Assembly: GCF_009914755.1 (NCBI RefSeq)
Contig: NC_060931.1
Length of the DNA: 64,000 nucleotides
DNA from: the human T2T-CHM13v2.0 reference genome, Homo sapiens
Direction: 5' to 3' (one strand)
The position numbers and the translations under genes are program-made. Positions within the stretch are counted from its first letter, which is position 1. The number at the start of each line of letters is the position of its first letter. Positions 32,386 through 49,034 of the stretch are shown here, in pieces. Below the pieces are notes generated by a model, which worked only from the letters and a program-made list of their open reading frames with translations, did no database searches and had not been told where the DNA came from.

Positions 32386-32639
32386 GTGGGTGATAATTAG
32401 CAAGAGATCTGTGCTTCATATGGGTTAAAGGGAACTTTGAATGAATTTTCTAAGCTCAAAACTCTGGTTTTTAAAAATCATCTAAACAGCTAATGAAACA
32501 GTTGGAATAAGAAAAATCTAGAACTTAATTTTAAACCTGTTTCTTGTTGGCCACTATTGGGATTGTAATTGTAAGTTTCAGGGAGTCAGAATCACTTAGT
32601 GTATTATTAGATGGTAGAGATAAATCATCTCACTGATAT

Positions 32640-33200
32640 AAATGGTATTCCACAGTAGCCATATTAGAAAGAATTTTGAGTGAATAATCTATAAAATATG
32701 GATGTGGGAAAGAATTTTCTAAATATGATTCTAAGGAAGAAATAAAAGATTATGTAATGGTATAAAATAAAAAACCTCTTATGTCAAATGTCATATATTA
32801 AAAGATAAAAAAGAGAATTATTTGTTAACAAAGGGGTAATATGAATATATAAAGAGTTCTTATAAACCAATAGGTTAAAAACAAATGCCCACTAGAAAAA
32901 TAGGTAAAAGGATATAGAATTACCAGTTTGTTAAAAAGAAGTGCCAATAATTATGAACAAGTATTTATTTTTACTATTATTATAAACACAACAATTAAAA
33001 CAATAAGATGTTTTTACCTATTAGATGAGCAAAGACCAAAAATAAGAATACCCAATGTTGGCAAGGGTATGGGAAGATAAAGCTCATATATTGAAGGAAG
33101 TATAAATTTTATACAGCTTTTCTGAAACCAGTTTGGTAATATGTATTAAAAACCTTAGAAATATTCATACCCTTTGACCTAGCAGTTTTTACTTTTAGAA
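32640..33200 (+). mobile_element. Old L1M ORF2/3' fragment, sense
   Basis: AAAGAGTTCTTATAAACCAATA, AATGTTGGCAAGGGTATGGG, TACCCTTTGACCTAGCA. Confidence 0.7.
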
Positions 33201-33557
33201 ATGTTGCATTCCTTCTACTTTTTATTTTTTCTACTAATACATACTCCATACTGAAAAAAGAAAATCTCAAAAGAGGGTTGAAAACTCTGGTTCACACTAT
33301 TTTTCTAGATACAACAAATTATCACACAAGCATACTTAATGTTGTAATTTAGACTGTATTAAATTATTTACAACCCAGTGTATCTAATTTTAACTGGAGT
33401 TTTTTTTTTTTTAACCTAGGAAAAAATCCTGCAACTGCTATAGATGTTTCTATATCTAGTTCCTAACCTATTTTTGTCACCTGAGCTCCAGAGCATGCAT
33501 AAAATCAACCATAAAATGGGTCAAGATAAGATCCTCAAGATGGTGTACCACCTTTTA

Positions 33558-33887
<330 letters not shown>

Positions 33888-35269
33888 TTAGATGATTTTA
33901 GTATTATCCATTGTACACACATGGCCAAGCAGGCATGTCTAATTCTATAGCATTTTTTCTTTTTTCTATTTATAAGTTAGAATGCCAATTTACCAATTTC
34001 CAATGAGAAATCTAACTTGTGCTGAATAAAGCATAAATTAAACTTCATTTTAGTTATATTAATATAATTAATTATACATACTAAATATAAGCATAATTAA
34101 GGAATTGTTTAGGATATATAATTCAACATAATAATGATATAAAACACATAAACATAAAAAACAAATAGTGACATAACAGGTTGTATCTGTATGATGGGGA
34201 TTTTATTTTCTTTTGTATGGTGTTTGTTTTTCAATTTTTTGATTGTGGAGAAAAAAGATTGCACAGGTAAGTTTTATACCATTGGTTATTTGTAAGCCCT
34301 CAATAGCCTCAATCAGTGGTTGAGAAAGGTGGCCCCTGGCAGTGCTGGAATTGAGGTGGGAGTTAACTCAGCATCAGCAACATCAGGATCACTAGTGGCC
34401 TTCTTTTAGTTCTCACCTTCTTTAACCTCTTTGTAGTGTTTGAGGCTGTTGACTACTTGCCCTTCTTAAATTTTTCTCTTTTTTTGGGTTGCTTTACTGT
34501 ATAGTTCTAGATGTTTTCTTCCTACCTCTTTGATTGTTCATTCTGTTTCCTTCACTAGCTTCTTTCTTCCTGCTCCCTCAAGGTGGATATTGTTCCAGTG
34601 TTCTGTCCTCTCCATTATCTCCTTTAGTTGTCTCATCAACTTTCACAGGCTTAAGTCTCTTCGTTTGTTCGTTCGTTCATTCTTTCATTCTTTCAGTATT
34701 TCTTGATTGCTTCCTATGTACTGTGCTAGCCTGATGATCTAAGTAATAGAGAATCAGGTAAACAGACAATTACAGAATAATTTGAGTATAATTATTTGTG
34801 GTAAGTGTTCTGATGAGGTAGCATGCTATGGGAGCACACAGGAGAGGTATCTGACTCAACTTGGCTGAAGGAGGGTGACAGAGGAGTGGCCATGAGGATG
34901 ACATCAGAAGGGATGTGCTTAAAGGCTGAGTAGGTGTCAGCAAAGGAGGGTTGGATCCTCTCAAACCATGGGGATCAGGCAGCTTGAGTAAAGGCATTTA
35001 GGCAAAACAGGACATGGTGTTTTTAGAGATGTAGAGAAAGTTCAGCACAGTGGGAAAGAGGTGGACAAAAGAGGCTGGAGAGGGCCCAGATCAAGTGGGC
35101 ACCACCCAAGTGGAGTTTTCAGGATCAGATTTGGTTTTTTAGCTAGTGAAGAAATTTAATTAAAGGCTAATTATGAGATTATTATAGTTATTAGTGTGCA
35201 AAATGATGGAGACTGAAATGAGGGTAGTTGTAATAGGAATGGAGAATAGGGGCCGGGCATGGTGGCCTA

Positions 35270-35539
<270 letters not shown>

Positions 35540-36419
35540 TTAGATGTAGATTTTAGGCAAAGGATAATAAATTCAGTTTAGTCTCTCCAGAACAACCAAT
35601 AATAGCATTAATAGCATATCCTTTAACACTCAGTCCAAGAGTATTTCCAGGGAAACTTCCTTGGCAGGCCTCTCCCCTCTTTGTTCTGATGGCACCCTCC
35701 GTGTACCTACCTATATCATAGCACTTATTGCACTGAATTGTAGTTGTTTACTTGTCTGTGCCTCCCATTAGACTGTAAGCTCTGTAAGGGCAGGGACAAT
35801 AGGACAGTGCCTTTCATATCTTTACTCCAGTTTGTAGCATAGTGCATGTAGCAGGTATATCATATGTATTTGACCTTGAATTAAAGTATTGTAAAGGCCA
35901 CTGTCAGAAAATAGGATGGGAGTAACATTTTATTATGTTCTCAACTTCTCTCTGGTATTGGTGACAGTGAACTAATGAATTGTTGAGAACATGAAAATGC
36001 TATTGTTTAATGCTTCAATAGGTTGTGTGGTTTTGCTTGTTTGTTTGTTTTTAACTTATCTATACTTTTGAAATAGCCACTTTGAAGCCTGATATTTTGG
36101 AATTCTTTATATCACCTCTCTTGGTTCAGATTGTAGACAGTTTCATAGGGCCCATTTTCTGTCACTAGATTCCTCTTCACTAGGTCCTACATCTTCTCTA
36201 AAACATATTTCTACCAATTAAAATTGTGGTGTAGTGAAAACAGTAATGGCGTAATGAAAACAATGGTTTTTATTATAAAATGGCAGACTTAACATACCCA
36301 TTTACTTTTCCCTACTTCTCAGATGTCATTGGAAATGACAAAACAGACATAAGACAAAGAATAAATCATTGTAATTAAAAAAAAAAAACAAAAAAAACAG
36401 AAAAGGGAGACTTTGAAAC

Positions 36420-36660
36420 TAGATTACTTGTGTCTGAATCCAGGCTCTGCCATTTAGCAACTGTATGACCTTGGGCAAGTTGCTTATTCTTTTTTTGCCT
36501 CAGTTGCTTCATCTGTAAAATTAGAATGATGATAATAGTATCTACTTCCTAGAGTTACTGTGAAGATCAAGAGAGACAGTATGTACAGAGCACTTAGGAG
36601 AGTTTCTTTACATATAGCAAATGTTGAATTAGTGCTAGCTATCATTATTGTTATTGTTAG
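36420..36660 (+). mobile_element. MIR
   Basis: GGCTCTGCCATTTAGCAACTGTATGACCTTGGGCAAGTT...GCCTCAGTTGCTTCATCTGTAAAA. Confidence 0.85.
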
Positions 36661-37160
36661 AATGCCAGAAGTTTTTAGAAATTTTAGGGTACCAGAAAAC
36701 AATTGGAATTATATTGATGGAGGAACCAGCACAGAATAAAATGCAACCCAGAATAGATGCTCCTGTTGCATGGTGGAAGTCAGAGAGTGTCTTAGTAGGG
36801 CTCTTTTCTTAAACTCTAAGCATAGAGGTGGCAAGTATAGGAAGATGGAGCAGTTTTGGGGGAAGGTGGAATATCAGGGCAGGTAATGAAAGAATTGCCT
36901 TCAAAACAGTTACTTCCCCTACTCCTTCTCTCCCTTCACATAAAGCACCCTAGCAATGGCATTAGTTCCAGGATAAAGCCATGAGAACATTTCAAGGAAA
37001 GTAGAAGATTTGCCTTGGGGAGGATTGGGCAGGCATTGCGAGCATCGATTAAGACTGGAGGAAGAAGGCCGGGTGCGGCGGCTCACACCTGTAATCCCAG
37101 CACTTAGGGAGGCTGAAGTGGGCAGATCACGAGGTCAGGAGATCGAGACCATTCTAGCTA

Positions 37161-37491
<331 letters not shown>

Positions 37492-37999
37492 TTAAAGGAC
37501 AATACTGTCAAAATACAGCCTGCCAATTTTGGCAGTAATAAGGTCAAACTGCTTTCTTTTTCTCCACTTGTAAAGGGAAGCCTGTCTGTCAGTGTGCCAC
37601 TTACCTGCAGAGACCCACACTCAGACAGACCTTCCATTTGGGTTTTGGAGGCAAATTAATACAACTGTTGAGGAAACACATGTTTCTTATAATAACTAAC
37701 CAATGTAGTCCTTCATTTATTAATATGAGTAGGTGATAAAGGCTCACCATACATTTGAGGGAAACTAAGAAGAGACTAAAATAAACAAAACAGCTGCCTA
37801 TGGTAGAAACAGAGATAATGAACAAGTGGAGTGGAACTTGAGGAAGTTCTAATCACAGAATGTATCTTTACAGAGCCAAGAGTGAATTAGATCCATAAAT
37901 TTAAAAAAACAGCTTCCTGGCTGGGCATGGTGGCTCACACTTCTAATACCAGCACTTTGGGAGGCTGAGATAGGTGAATCACTTGAGGCCAGGAGTTCA

Positions 38000-38257
<258 letters not shown>

Positions 38258-39205
38258 TTAATGAATTAGTTTTATATTGAAGAATTGATTGCTGAAATTA
38301 AAACTCAGTTGGAGGGTTAAACAATACACTTAAGACTAGTTACTTTTCATAAAAATAAAATAGAGGAAATTTGCAGACTATAAAGAAGACCTACAGATAG
38401 AAAGTACATGAGGAAAATTCATCCTTTGAGGATAGATCTGAGTGATCAAGTACCCATTTCACAGGAGTTACAGAAGGAAAGATCAGACAATGGAAGGGAG
38501 AAAATTTAAAAATCTGAGTTTTGGCCAGGCACGGTGGCTCACACCTGTAATCCCAGCACTTTGAGAGGCCGAGGCAGGTGAACCACGAGGCCAGGATTTC
38601 AAGACCAGCCTGGCCAATATGGTGAAACCCTGTCTCTGCTAAAAATACAAAAAAATTAGCCAGGCGTGGTGGCAGGTGCCTGTAATCCCCGCTACTCGGG
38701 AGGCTGAGGCGGGGAATTGCTTGAATCCGGGAGGCAGAGGTTGCAGTGAGCTGAGATCATGTCACTGCACTCCAGCCTGGGTTACAGAGCAAGACTCAAA
38801 AAAAAAAAAAAAAAATCTGAGTTTTCACGTATAAAGGGCATGCCTTTCATGTATAAAGGACCAAACAGGAAAAAATGCAAAAACAAACCAACAGAAAGTA
38901 CCTCCCTATACGTTACTAAAGTACTTACTATTTCAGAGGTAGAAAACAAGTTACATAGACTCAAAACTGAAAATCAGACTGGCATGGATTTCTCACCTGC
39001 AGCATGGTTTGCTACAAGATAAATGCCTTCAGTGTTCTGAGGGGAAATTATTCTCAAGACAGAATTCAGTACCCGGCCTCACTAATGTTTAAGTGGGGGG
39101 GTCAAAATAAGATTTCTGAAAGTTTGTGACATACCCCATTTTGATAAAATTACTTGAAGATGTACTCTGGTAAAATGAAAAATCCAGGCCAGGAGTGGTA
39201 GCTTA

Positions 39206-39688
<483 letters not shown>

Positions 39689-39922
39689 TATAACATTCTG
39701 TAACTAAAATTAAATTGAGAGTTGTACTAAAGGTCCTAGAATTTTTTGTTTTAAAATTTACAGGTGTAGTATTATCTACTTACTAAAAGAAAAATTCAAA
39801 TAATACAGAAATACATAGGGGGAAAAGTCAGGATCCTTACTGCAAGCATATATAACATTTCTACAAATCAATTTCAAAAAAGACAGTTCAATGAGAGAAT
39901 GTATGTAAGAGGCTTAAGCAGG

Positions 39923-40333
39923 TGTTCTTAATCTGTTCTTGCACTGGTATAAATAAATACCTGAGACTGGGTACTTTATAAAGAAGAGGTTTAATTGACT
40001 CACGGTTCTGCAGGCTGTATAGGAAGCATGGTAGCATCTGCTTCTGGAGAGGCCTCAGAAAGCTTTTACTCATGGCAAGAGGCAGAGTGGGAGCAGGTGT
40101 CTTACATGGCAGGAGCAGGACCAAGAGGAGTTGAGGGGAGGTGCTATGCACTTTTAAACAACCAGATCTTGTGAGAACTCATCACTATACAGTACCAAGG
40201 AGGTATGGTGCTAAAGCATTCATGAGAACTTCGTCCCCATGATCCAGTCACCTCCCACCATGCCCCATCTCCAACACTGGGGATTACAATTGAACATGAG
40301 ATTTGGGCGGGGACACAGATCCAAACCATATCA
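39923..40333 (-). mobile_element. MSTB-like MaLR solo LTR inserted in L1
   Basis: TG...CA termini (right end ATCCAAACCATATCA) and perfect 5-bp TSD GCAGG. Confidence 0.9.
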
Positions 40334-41245
40334 GCAGGCATTTCCCAAAAGAAAAATTCAAATGGCCAATAAACATGAAAAGGCGCTCACCCTCATTGCA
40401 ATGAGAGAAATGAATAGTAAAACCACGAGAGCTCTACAAACTCACAGGAATTGCTACATTAAAAAGACTGACAGTGGCAATACCAAGTATTGGCAAGGAT
40501 ATGGAACAACAGGAATTCTCACATGCTGCCCTTGGATATGTAAAGTGGTACAACCATTTTGAAAACATTTTGGCTTTACCAAACGAAGGTGAAGATTTAC
40601 ATACATTAAGATTCAGAAATTCCATGTTTACATTTATAGCCAACAGAAATGTGAGCCCCTGTGCACTTGCAACATGTGCAAAAATGTTTGTAGCAACATT
40701 AAGAACCACAAATTTGAAACAACCCAAAATGCCTCTTCACGCAACTTAGACTGGATAAATAAATTGTGACATATATTCATACAAATAAATAATATTTGGC
40801 AAGGGAAATGAACAGACCACTTCTTTTCCCCTAGAACAGGGATGAATCTCAAAAACATAATTGTGAATAAAAGAGCCCAGAAAGAAAATATACTATATTA
40901 TTCTACATATATTATTCTATTCAAATACACTTTAAAACTAGGCCAAAATAAACAGTATTGTTTAGAGATGCATACCTAGGTATAATAAAGCTATAAAAAG
41001 ACAACAGATTTTTATGATTGCCCTAAAAATCAGGAAGTAGGATACTCTAGAAGTGAAGGGAGGTTGGAGGGTGTGATCAAGATGGGCAGTCAAAGGGTTT
41101 CTGGGTGCTGGCTGTATTCTGTTTCTTGACCTGGGTGATGGTTATATGTTCCTATTTTAATAATTTATTAAGCACTTTATGCAGTATTGTGTTTCTTGAG
41201 CTGGATGGTGGTTACGTGTTCTCTTTTTAATAATTTGTACATTTA

Positions 41246-41578
<333 letters not shown>

Positions 41579-42007
41579 CTAATGCATGCCATATTTAACA
41601 ATAAAAGGAGTTAAATTTAAAAAGCAAAGATCCTGCCTCACATCTTCACTCAACCACCATTAACAGGCGAGTCTTTCCAGATGTGGTTCTTTCTGAAGAG
41701 TGTTAAAAAATAAAAGTTTGTTTTTCAGCAAGTGTTAGGGGTAATAAGATACAGATCTTTGTAGGGGAAAAAAGAAAGCTTATTTCAATAAAATCAGAAA
41801 AGTGGGAAAATAAAGCGAGAAAGAGCGGTAAATAAAAAATACATAAGATTGCAGGGACAAATCTAAATAAGAAATCAAGATCAAATGGACCTTATCTGTG
41901 GAATGTATTTAGTTTACTATTTTAATAGGCTTAAAGAAAAATTGTGACTTTGCTGTATTAAATAAAACATTTAATAAAATTTGATATTTAATGTGTTCAT
42001 TTTGTTA

Positions 42008-42181
<174 letters not shown>

Positions 42182-42933
42182 CTAAGAAAAAATTCAAAAA
42201 TTAGCCGGGCGTGGTGGCACACACCTGTGGTCCCAGCTACTTGGGAGGCTGAGATGAGAGGATTGCTTGAACCTGGGAGGTCAAGGCTGCAGTGAGCAGT
42301 GATTACACTGCTACGTTCCAGCCTGGGCAATAGAGCAAGACCCTGTCTCAAAAATAAATAAACAAATAAACCCCACATCCATTCCTGGTAAGGGAAAACA
42401 TTCTTACGCATCCAGGGATAAAAGAAGATTTATTTTATGACAGAATACTATAAGAAACCAGTAGTAAATATCATATATGATGTATCATTTATTGATAAGA
42501 AACCAATAGCAAACATAATACATAACGGCATAACCTTACCAGTGTCCTCATTAAAGTAAAAAAAACGAGACAAAGATGTCCACTGTCATCTCCACTATTC
42601 AACCTTGTTCTGGAGTTTTCAGCCAATACAGTAGAAGACCAGGAAAAAGAAAAAAGAAGTACACATATTGGAAAAGAAGAGTTAAAGTTGGCATTAATAA
42701 CAGATGATCTGATTGTCTACCTATAAAATTCAAGATAATTCATGATAACTAATACTAGAGTTCAGAAAATTGGCTGGACAAAATTTAAACTTGCAAAAAA
42801 CCACCTTCCTATATATTAACAGCAACCAATTACAAAATAAAAGAGGTATCTAGTTACAATTGTATGGAAATTTATAAAGTACTTAGAAATAAAAAAACAA
42901 TAAAACAATGAAACTTGATGAAATACAAAACTA

Positions 42934-43459
<526 letters not shown>

Positions 43460-44304
43460 CTAGCTGGTTGAGGTCGTGTGCGCCTGGAGTCCCAGCTACT
43501 CCAGACGCTGAGGTGGGAGAATCGCCTGAACCCGGAGGCGGAAGTTGCAGTGAGCCGAAATCGCGCCACTGTACACCAGCCTGGGCGACAGAGCGAGACT
43601 TGTCTCAAAAAAAAAGAAAAAAGAAACTATACTCATGGACATCAAAAAAGACAAGAATAAATGGCTAGGGATTATGTTCCTTAATGGGTTATCCCAGATA
43701 AAATCCTCAAGGGACTTTTTAAAAATAGAATTTTAATTGCCATAGAACTTCCGGTTTAATTGCAAAAATTGCAAAAATGGTAGAAATTCTCCTGTATCCT
43801 GGCCGGGCACGGTGGCTCACGCCTGTAATCCCAGCACTGTGGGAGGCCGAGGCAGGTGGATCGCTTAAACTCAGGAGTTAGCCGCCTCAAGACCAGCCTG
43901 GGCAACGAGACGAAACGCCGTCTCTACCAAATATACAAAAAAAAAAAAAAAAAGCTGGGCGTGGTGGTGCGCGCCTGTGGTCCCAGCACTCATCAGGATG
44001 CTGAGGTGGAAGGATCGCTTGAGCTCGGGAGGTGGAGGTTGCAATGAGCCAAGATTGAGTCATTGCACTCCAGCCTGGGCGACAGAGCGAGACCCCATCT
44101 CAAACAAAAAAAAAAAAAAAGAAAGAAAAGGGAAAAAAATGTCTCCTGTATCCTTTACCCAGATTCCCCAAATGTTATTTTGTCTTTTACTTTATCCTGC
44201 TCCCTCTCCTCTCTCCCTTCCCCCCTTTATACACAATACGCACATACATATTTTTCTGTTTCAACCATTTGAAAATTGCAGACATGATGTCTTGCTCTCT
44301 CTCT

Positions 44305-45399
<1,095 letters not shown>

Positions 45400-45654
45400 T
45401 GAACAGTTTCTCAGCGTTTGTCTTTTTGACATTGATATTTTTGAACAGTTGCAGGCTAGGTATATTGTAAAACGTCCCTTTGTTTGGGTTTCTCCCCATT
45501 TTCTCATAGTTACATTCAGCTTATATATTTTTGGCAGGACTACCACTGAAATAATATTGTGATCATCTCATTGCACATGATGTTGATTGATTTGTCCCAT
45601 TACTGGTGATGTTAATTTTGATCACCTGGATAAGATGCTGTCTGTCCATGGGAC

Positions 45655-47580
45655 TTTTTATAGACTTAACAAACTCATTCTAAAATTCATTGCAAAAGTA
45701 AATGGAGAAAAATAACTAGAAGTTTTTGGGAAAAAGTAATACAAAAGGGAATTTGTTCTAAATATTGAAAGATAGTTCAAAGCTATAATAATTAAAACAA
45801 TGTGGTAATGAGGGCCAGGCATGGTGACTAACACCTGTAATCCCAGCACTTTGGGAGGCCCTGTGGTAGGAGATGCTTATATAACCAACAAGTAATATTG
45901 TGGGCTGGTGTGAATGGATTGCTTTGGTCTGAGCAACTTGGGCTCTGGGAGTAGTAAAAAGTTGTACCTGCCTTTTGGGGGATATGGGAGAGCTAACTGG
46001 ATCAAACTTCCTTGGCTTTCCTTGAGGCTTCTAGGTCCAACAGAAGACCTGTCTTTTGTGGTAGAGGTAATTGTGGCCTTTACATTTGGAAAGAAGTAAC
46101 CAGTTAAATTGATTAATCATTTAGGCTGTTCGATATTTATAACTAATGAATACTTTTAATAATAAGTTTTTTTTTAAAATGGCCTCACCACAAATGTTCA
46201 TTAGCACATCTGTAGGTGGCTACATCTTGTAAGTAATAGACTTACTAAGCAGTAAATGTTATGTACTACTTTATTTACAAGCTTTTGTATTTAAGCTTCT
46301 GTGATGTTCTTTTATATATTTACATATTGTTTATATATATTTACATTCATATATTCTTAAAGAGCAATAAATTTTGTGTCCAAGGGGATTAGACCTGAAT
46401 GTTGGGATTTTCCTAATTCTACTCTAGAACATGTCGATTTAGTATATGGTAAAGGTGGCATTTCAAATAAGTATAGGAGGGGTGGCTTTCTTTAAGTGGT
46501 TTGGGGACAGTAGCCTGTTTATTTTGGGAGGAAAAATTAGAGCCCTACCTTATACAACACACAAAAATATAAATTCTGATGTATTCGAATTCTGAATATA
46601 AAAAATCAAAACATGAAATTATTCGAAACAAATGACAATATCTTAATCATTTTATAATAATGCAGAGGTGAATGAAATATAGAACAAGGGAGCTGTAAAA
46701 GACAAGATTGAGAGACTCAACACCTCTGTATGTTAATAGATGCCGTAAACAAAAGACAAGGAGCAGGCTGGAAGAAATACATATAAAATAAAGAATTTGG
46801 GGCCAGGCAAGGTGGCTTATGCCTGTGATCCCAGCACTTTGGATGGCTGGGGCAGGAGGATCATTTGAGCTTAGATTAGAAGTTCAAGACCAGCCTGGGC
46901 AACATAATGATGCCTCATCTCTACAAAAAAAATAAAAGAAGTAGCTAGGTGTGGTGGCTCATGCCTATAGTCCCAACTACTTTAGATGCTGAGGTGAGAG
47001 GATCACTTGAGGAAGAGAGGTTGAAGCTGCAGTGCGCTGTGATTATGCTACCACAGGTAGGTCTCACTCAGCCTGAGCGACAGAGTAAGACCCTGTCTCA
47101 AAGGAAAAAGAAAAAAAAATTACACAATGGTGAGAAGACAACCTAATAGATCTAAAAAGTAGGCAAAGGAGATGATCCGGCAGTTCCAAAAAGAAGAAAT
47201 ACAAATGGGCCAATAAACATGTGAACTAGTAAAATAAGGGAAATGCAGATTAACCTGACACCAATTTATACCCATCAGATTGGCACAAATTTGAGAAGGC
47301 TAAAGAAAGCATGAAGAAGTAGGCACTGGCATAACATTGCTGGGAGTAGAAATGGGTCCATTCTATTTGGAAAGCAGTATGGCCCTATAACAGTATTGTA
47401 TCTATTAAAAATTTTTTGTTTTGTATTTTTTATTTTTTCTATAAAAATTTTAAATGCATATTCCTTTGACCTAGAAATTCTACCTCCAGAAATTCTCATA
47501 CATTTGTATACAAATATATGTAGAGGAAGCTTTGTTACAATATTATTTGTAGTAGTGAAAACATTGGAAACAACTTAACC
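45655..47580 (+). mobile_element. Sense L1M fragments with an Alu fragment (45812-45860) and an Alu (46801-47120)
   Basis: AAAGCTATAATAATTAAAACAATGTGGTA; CCCTACCTTATACAACACACAAAAAT; TTTGACCTAGAAATTCTAC. Confidence 0.65.
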
Positions 47581-48297
47581 TTCTGTCACATTATCTCAGA
47601 CAGCTAGCTTCTTTCTGCCTTTGGGCTAGAAACTGAAACCCATTTCCCTGGTTACCGTAAGTTCCTGCTTGCTCCCTGGGTAAAGAGCAAGTCCTTGTGA
47701 CATGGAAGAGAGGATGGGTCCCACATCACAGGGACATAATCCTTTAGCTTCATGTTCCCTTCTGGATATTAAGTGTTTACCTGTGAATACAGGTTCTGTT
47801 TTAATTTTTTGCTTTTACATTTCCCACTGGGAGTTCCTGAATCAGGTAAATGAATTCTATGGTAGATTTTATTAGCAGCAAGTAATTTTTAGGAAAATGG
47901 GATTTGCAGATGGAGAAGTTGGGGGAGGATTTAGAGAGCTACTTTAGACCCTGAAACACAATTTCAGTTTTGTCAAGGTTGAGGACCCTATGCTATATTT
48001 CACCTAATAAAAATTAATGCTTAGTCTCCGTGGCATTAATCCAGACAGACAATTCCCATGGTTTATCCAAAATGGAATGGCTTTTTAATATGTTAGTCAC
48101 TCTTGGGTTATAAATATGAGAAAGAAATCTGTAGTTACTGGCGAGAGAGAAAGAGGAGTTGCATTTTTACTCTCAGCTATGAGATTCCTTGACAGGATGT
48201 TTAATATTTATCAAATATTGATTAGATGCTCTTTACCCAAAAGTGTGATTTGCAGAGATCGTGAAATTATTAACAGAAACCAACAGTTGGGCTGGAT

Positions 48298-48604
48298 CAG
48301 CACTGTGTCAGAAATAGGTAAACCACAAAATTAAAATTTTTCCAGTACCCACATTTAAAAAAGTAAAACAGACAGGTAACATTAATTTTATTTAATATTT
48401 TTATTTAACCCAGTATATTAAAAATATCATTTCAACATACAATCAATATGAAAACTAATAATTTCACATTCATTTTTGGGTACTAAGTCTTTGAAATCCA
48501 GTGAGTATTTTACATGTAAAGCACAGTTCAGTTTGGACCACCCACATTTCAAGTGCTCAGGAGCCATATGTTATGGCTCATGGCTACTGACTTGGGCTGT
48601 GCAG
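48298..48604. mobile_element. MER33-like hAT-Charlie DNA transposon
   Basis: TTTTATTTAACCCAGTATAT, TACTAAGTCTTTGAAATCC and CCACATTTCAAGTGCTCA motifs; flanking GGCTGGA repeat. Confidence 0.82.
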
Positions 48605-48712
48605 GCTGGACTGTAAGCTCCCAAGGACAGAGGTAGTCATTGCCTTATCACTGTATCCCCAGCACCTAGCACAGTACATGGTACTTAGTACATAGCCAGC
48701 ATCCAATAGTAA

Positions 48713-49034
<322 letters not shown>

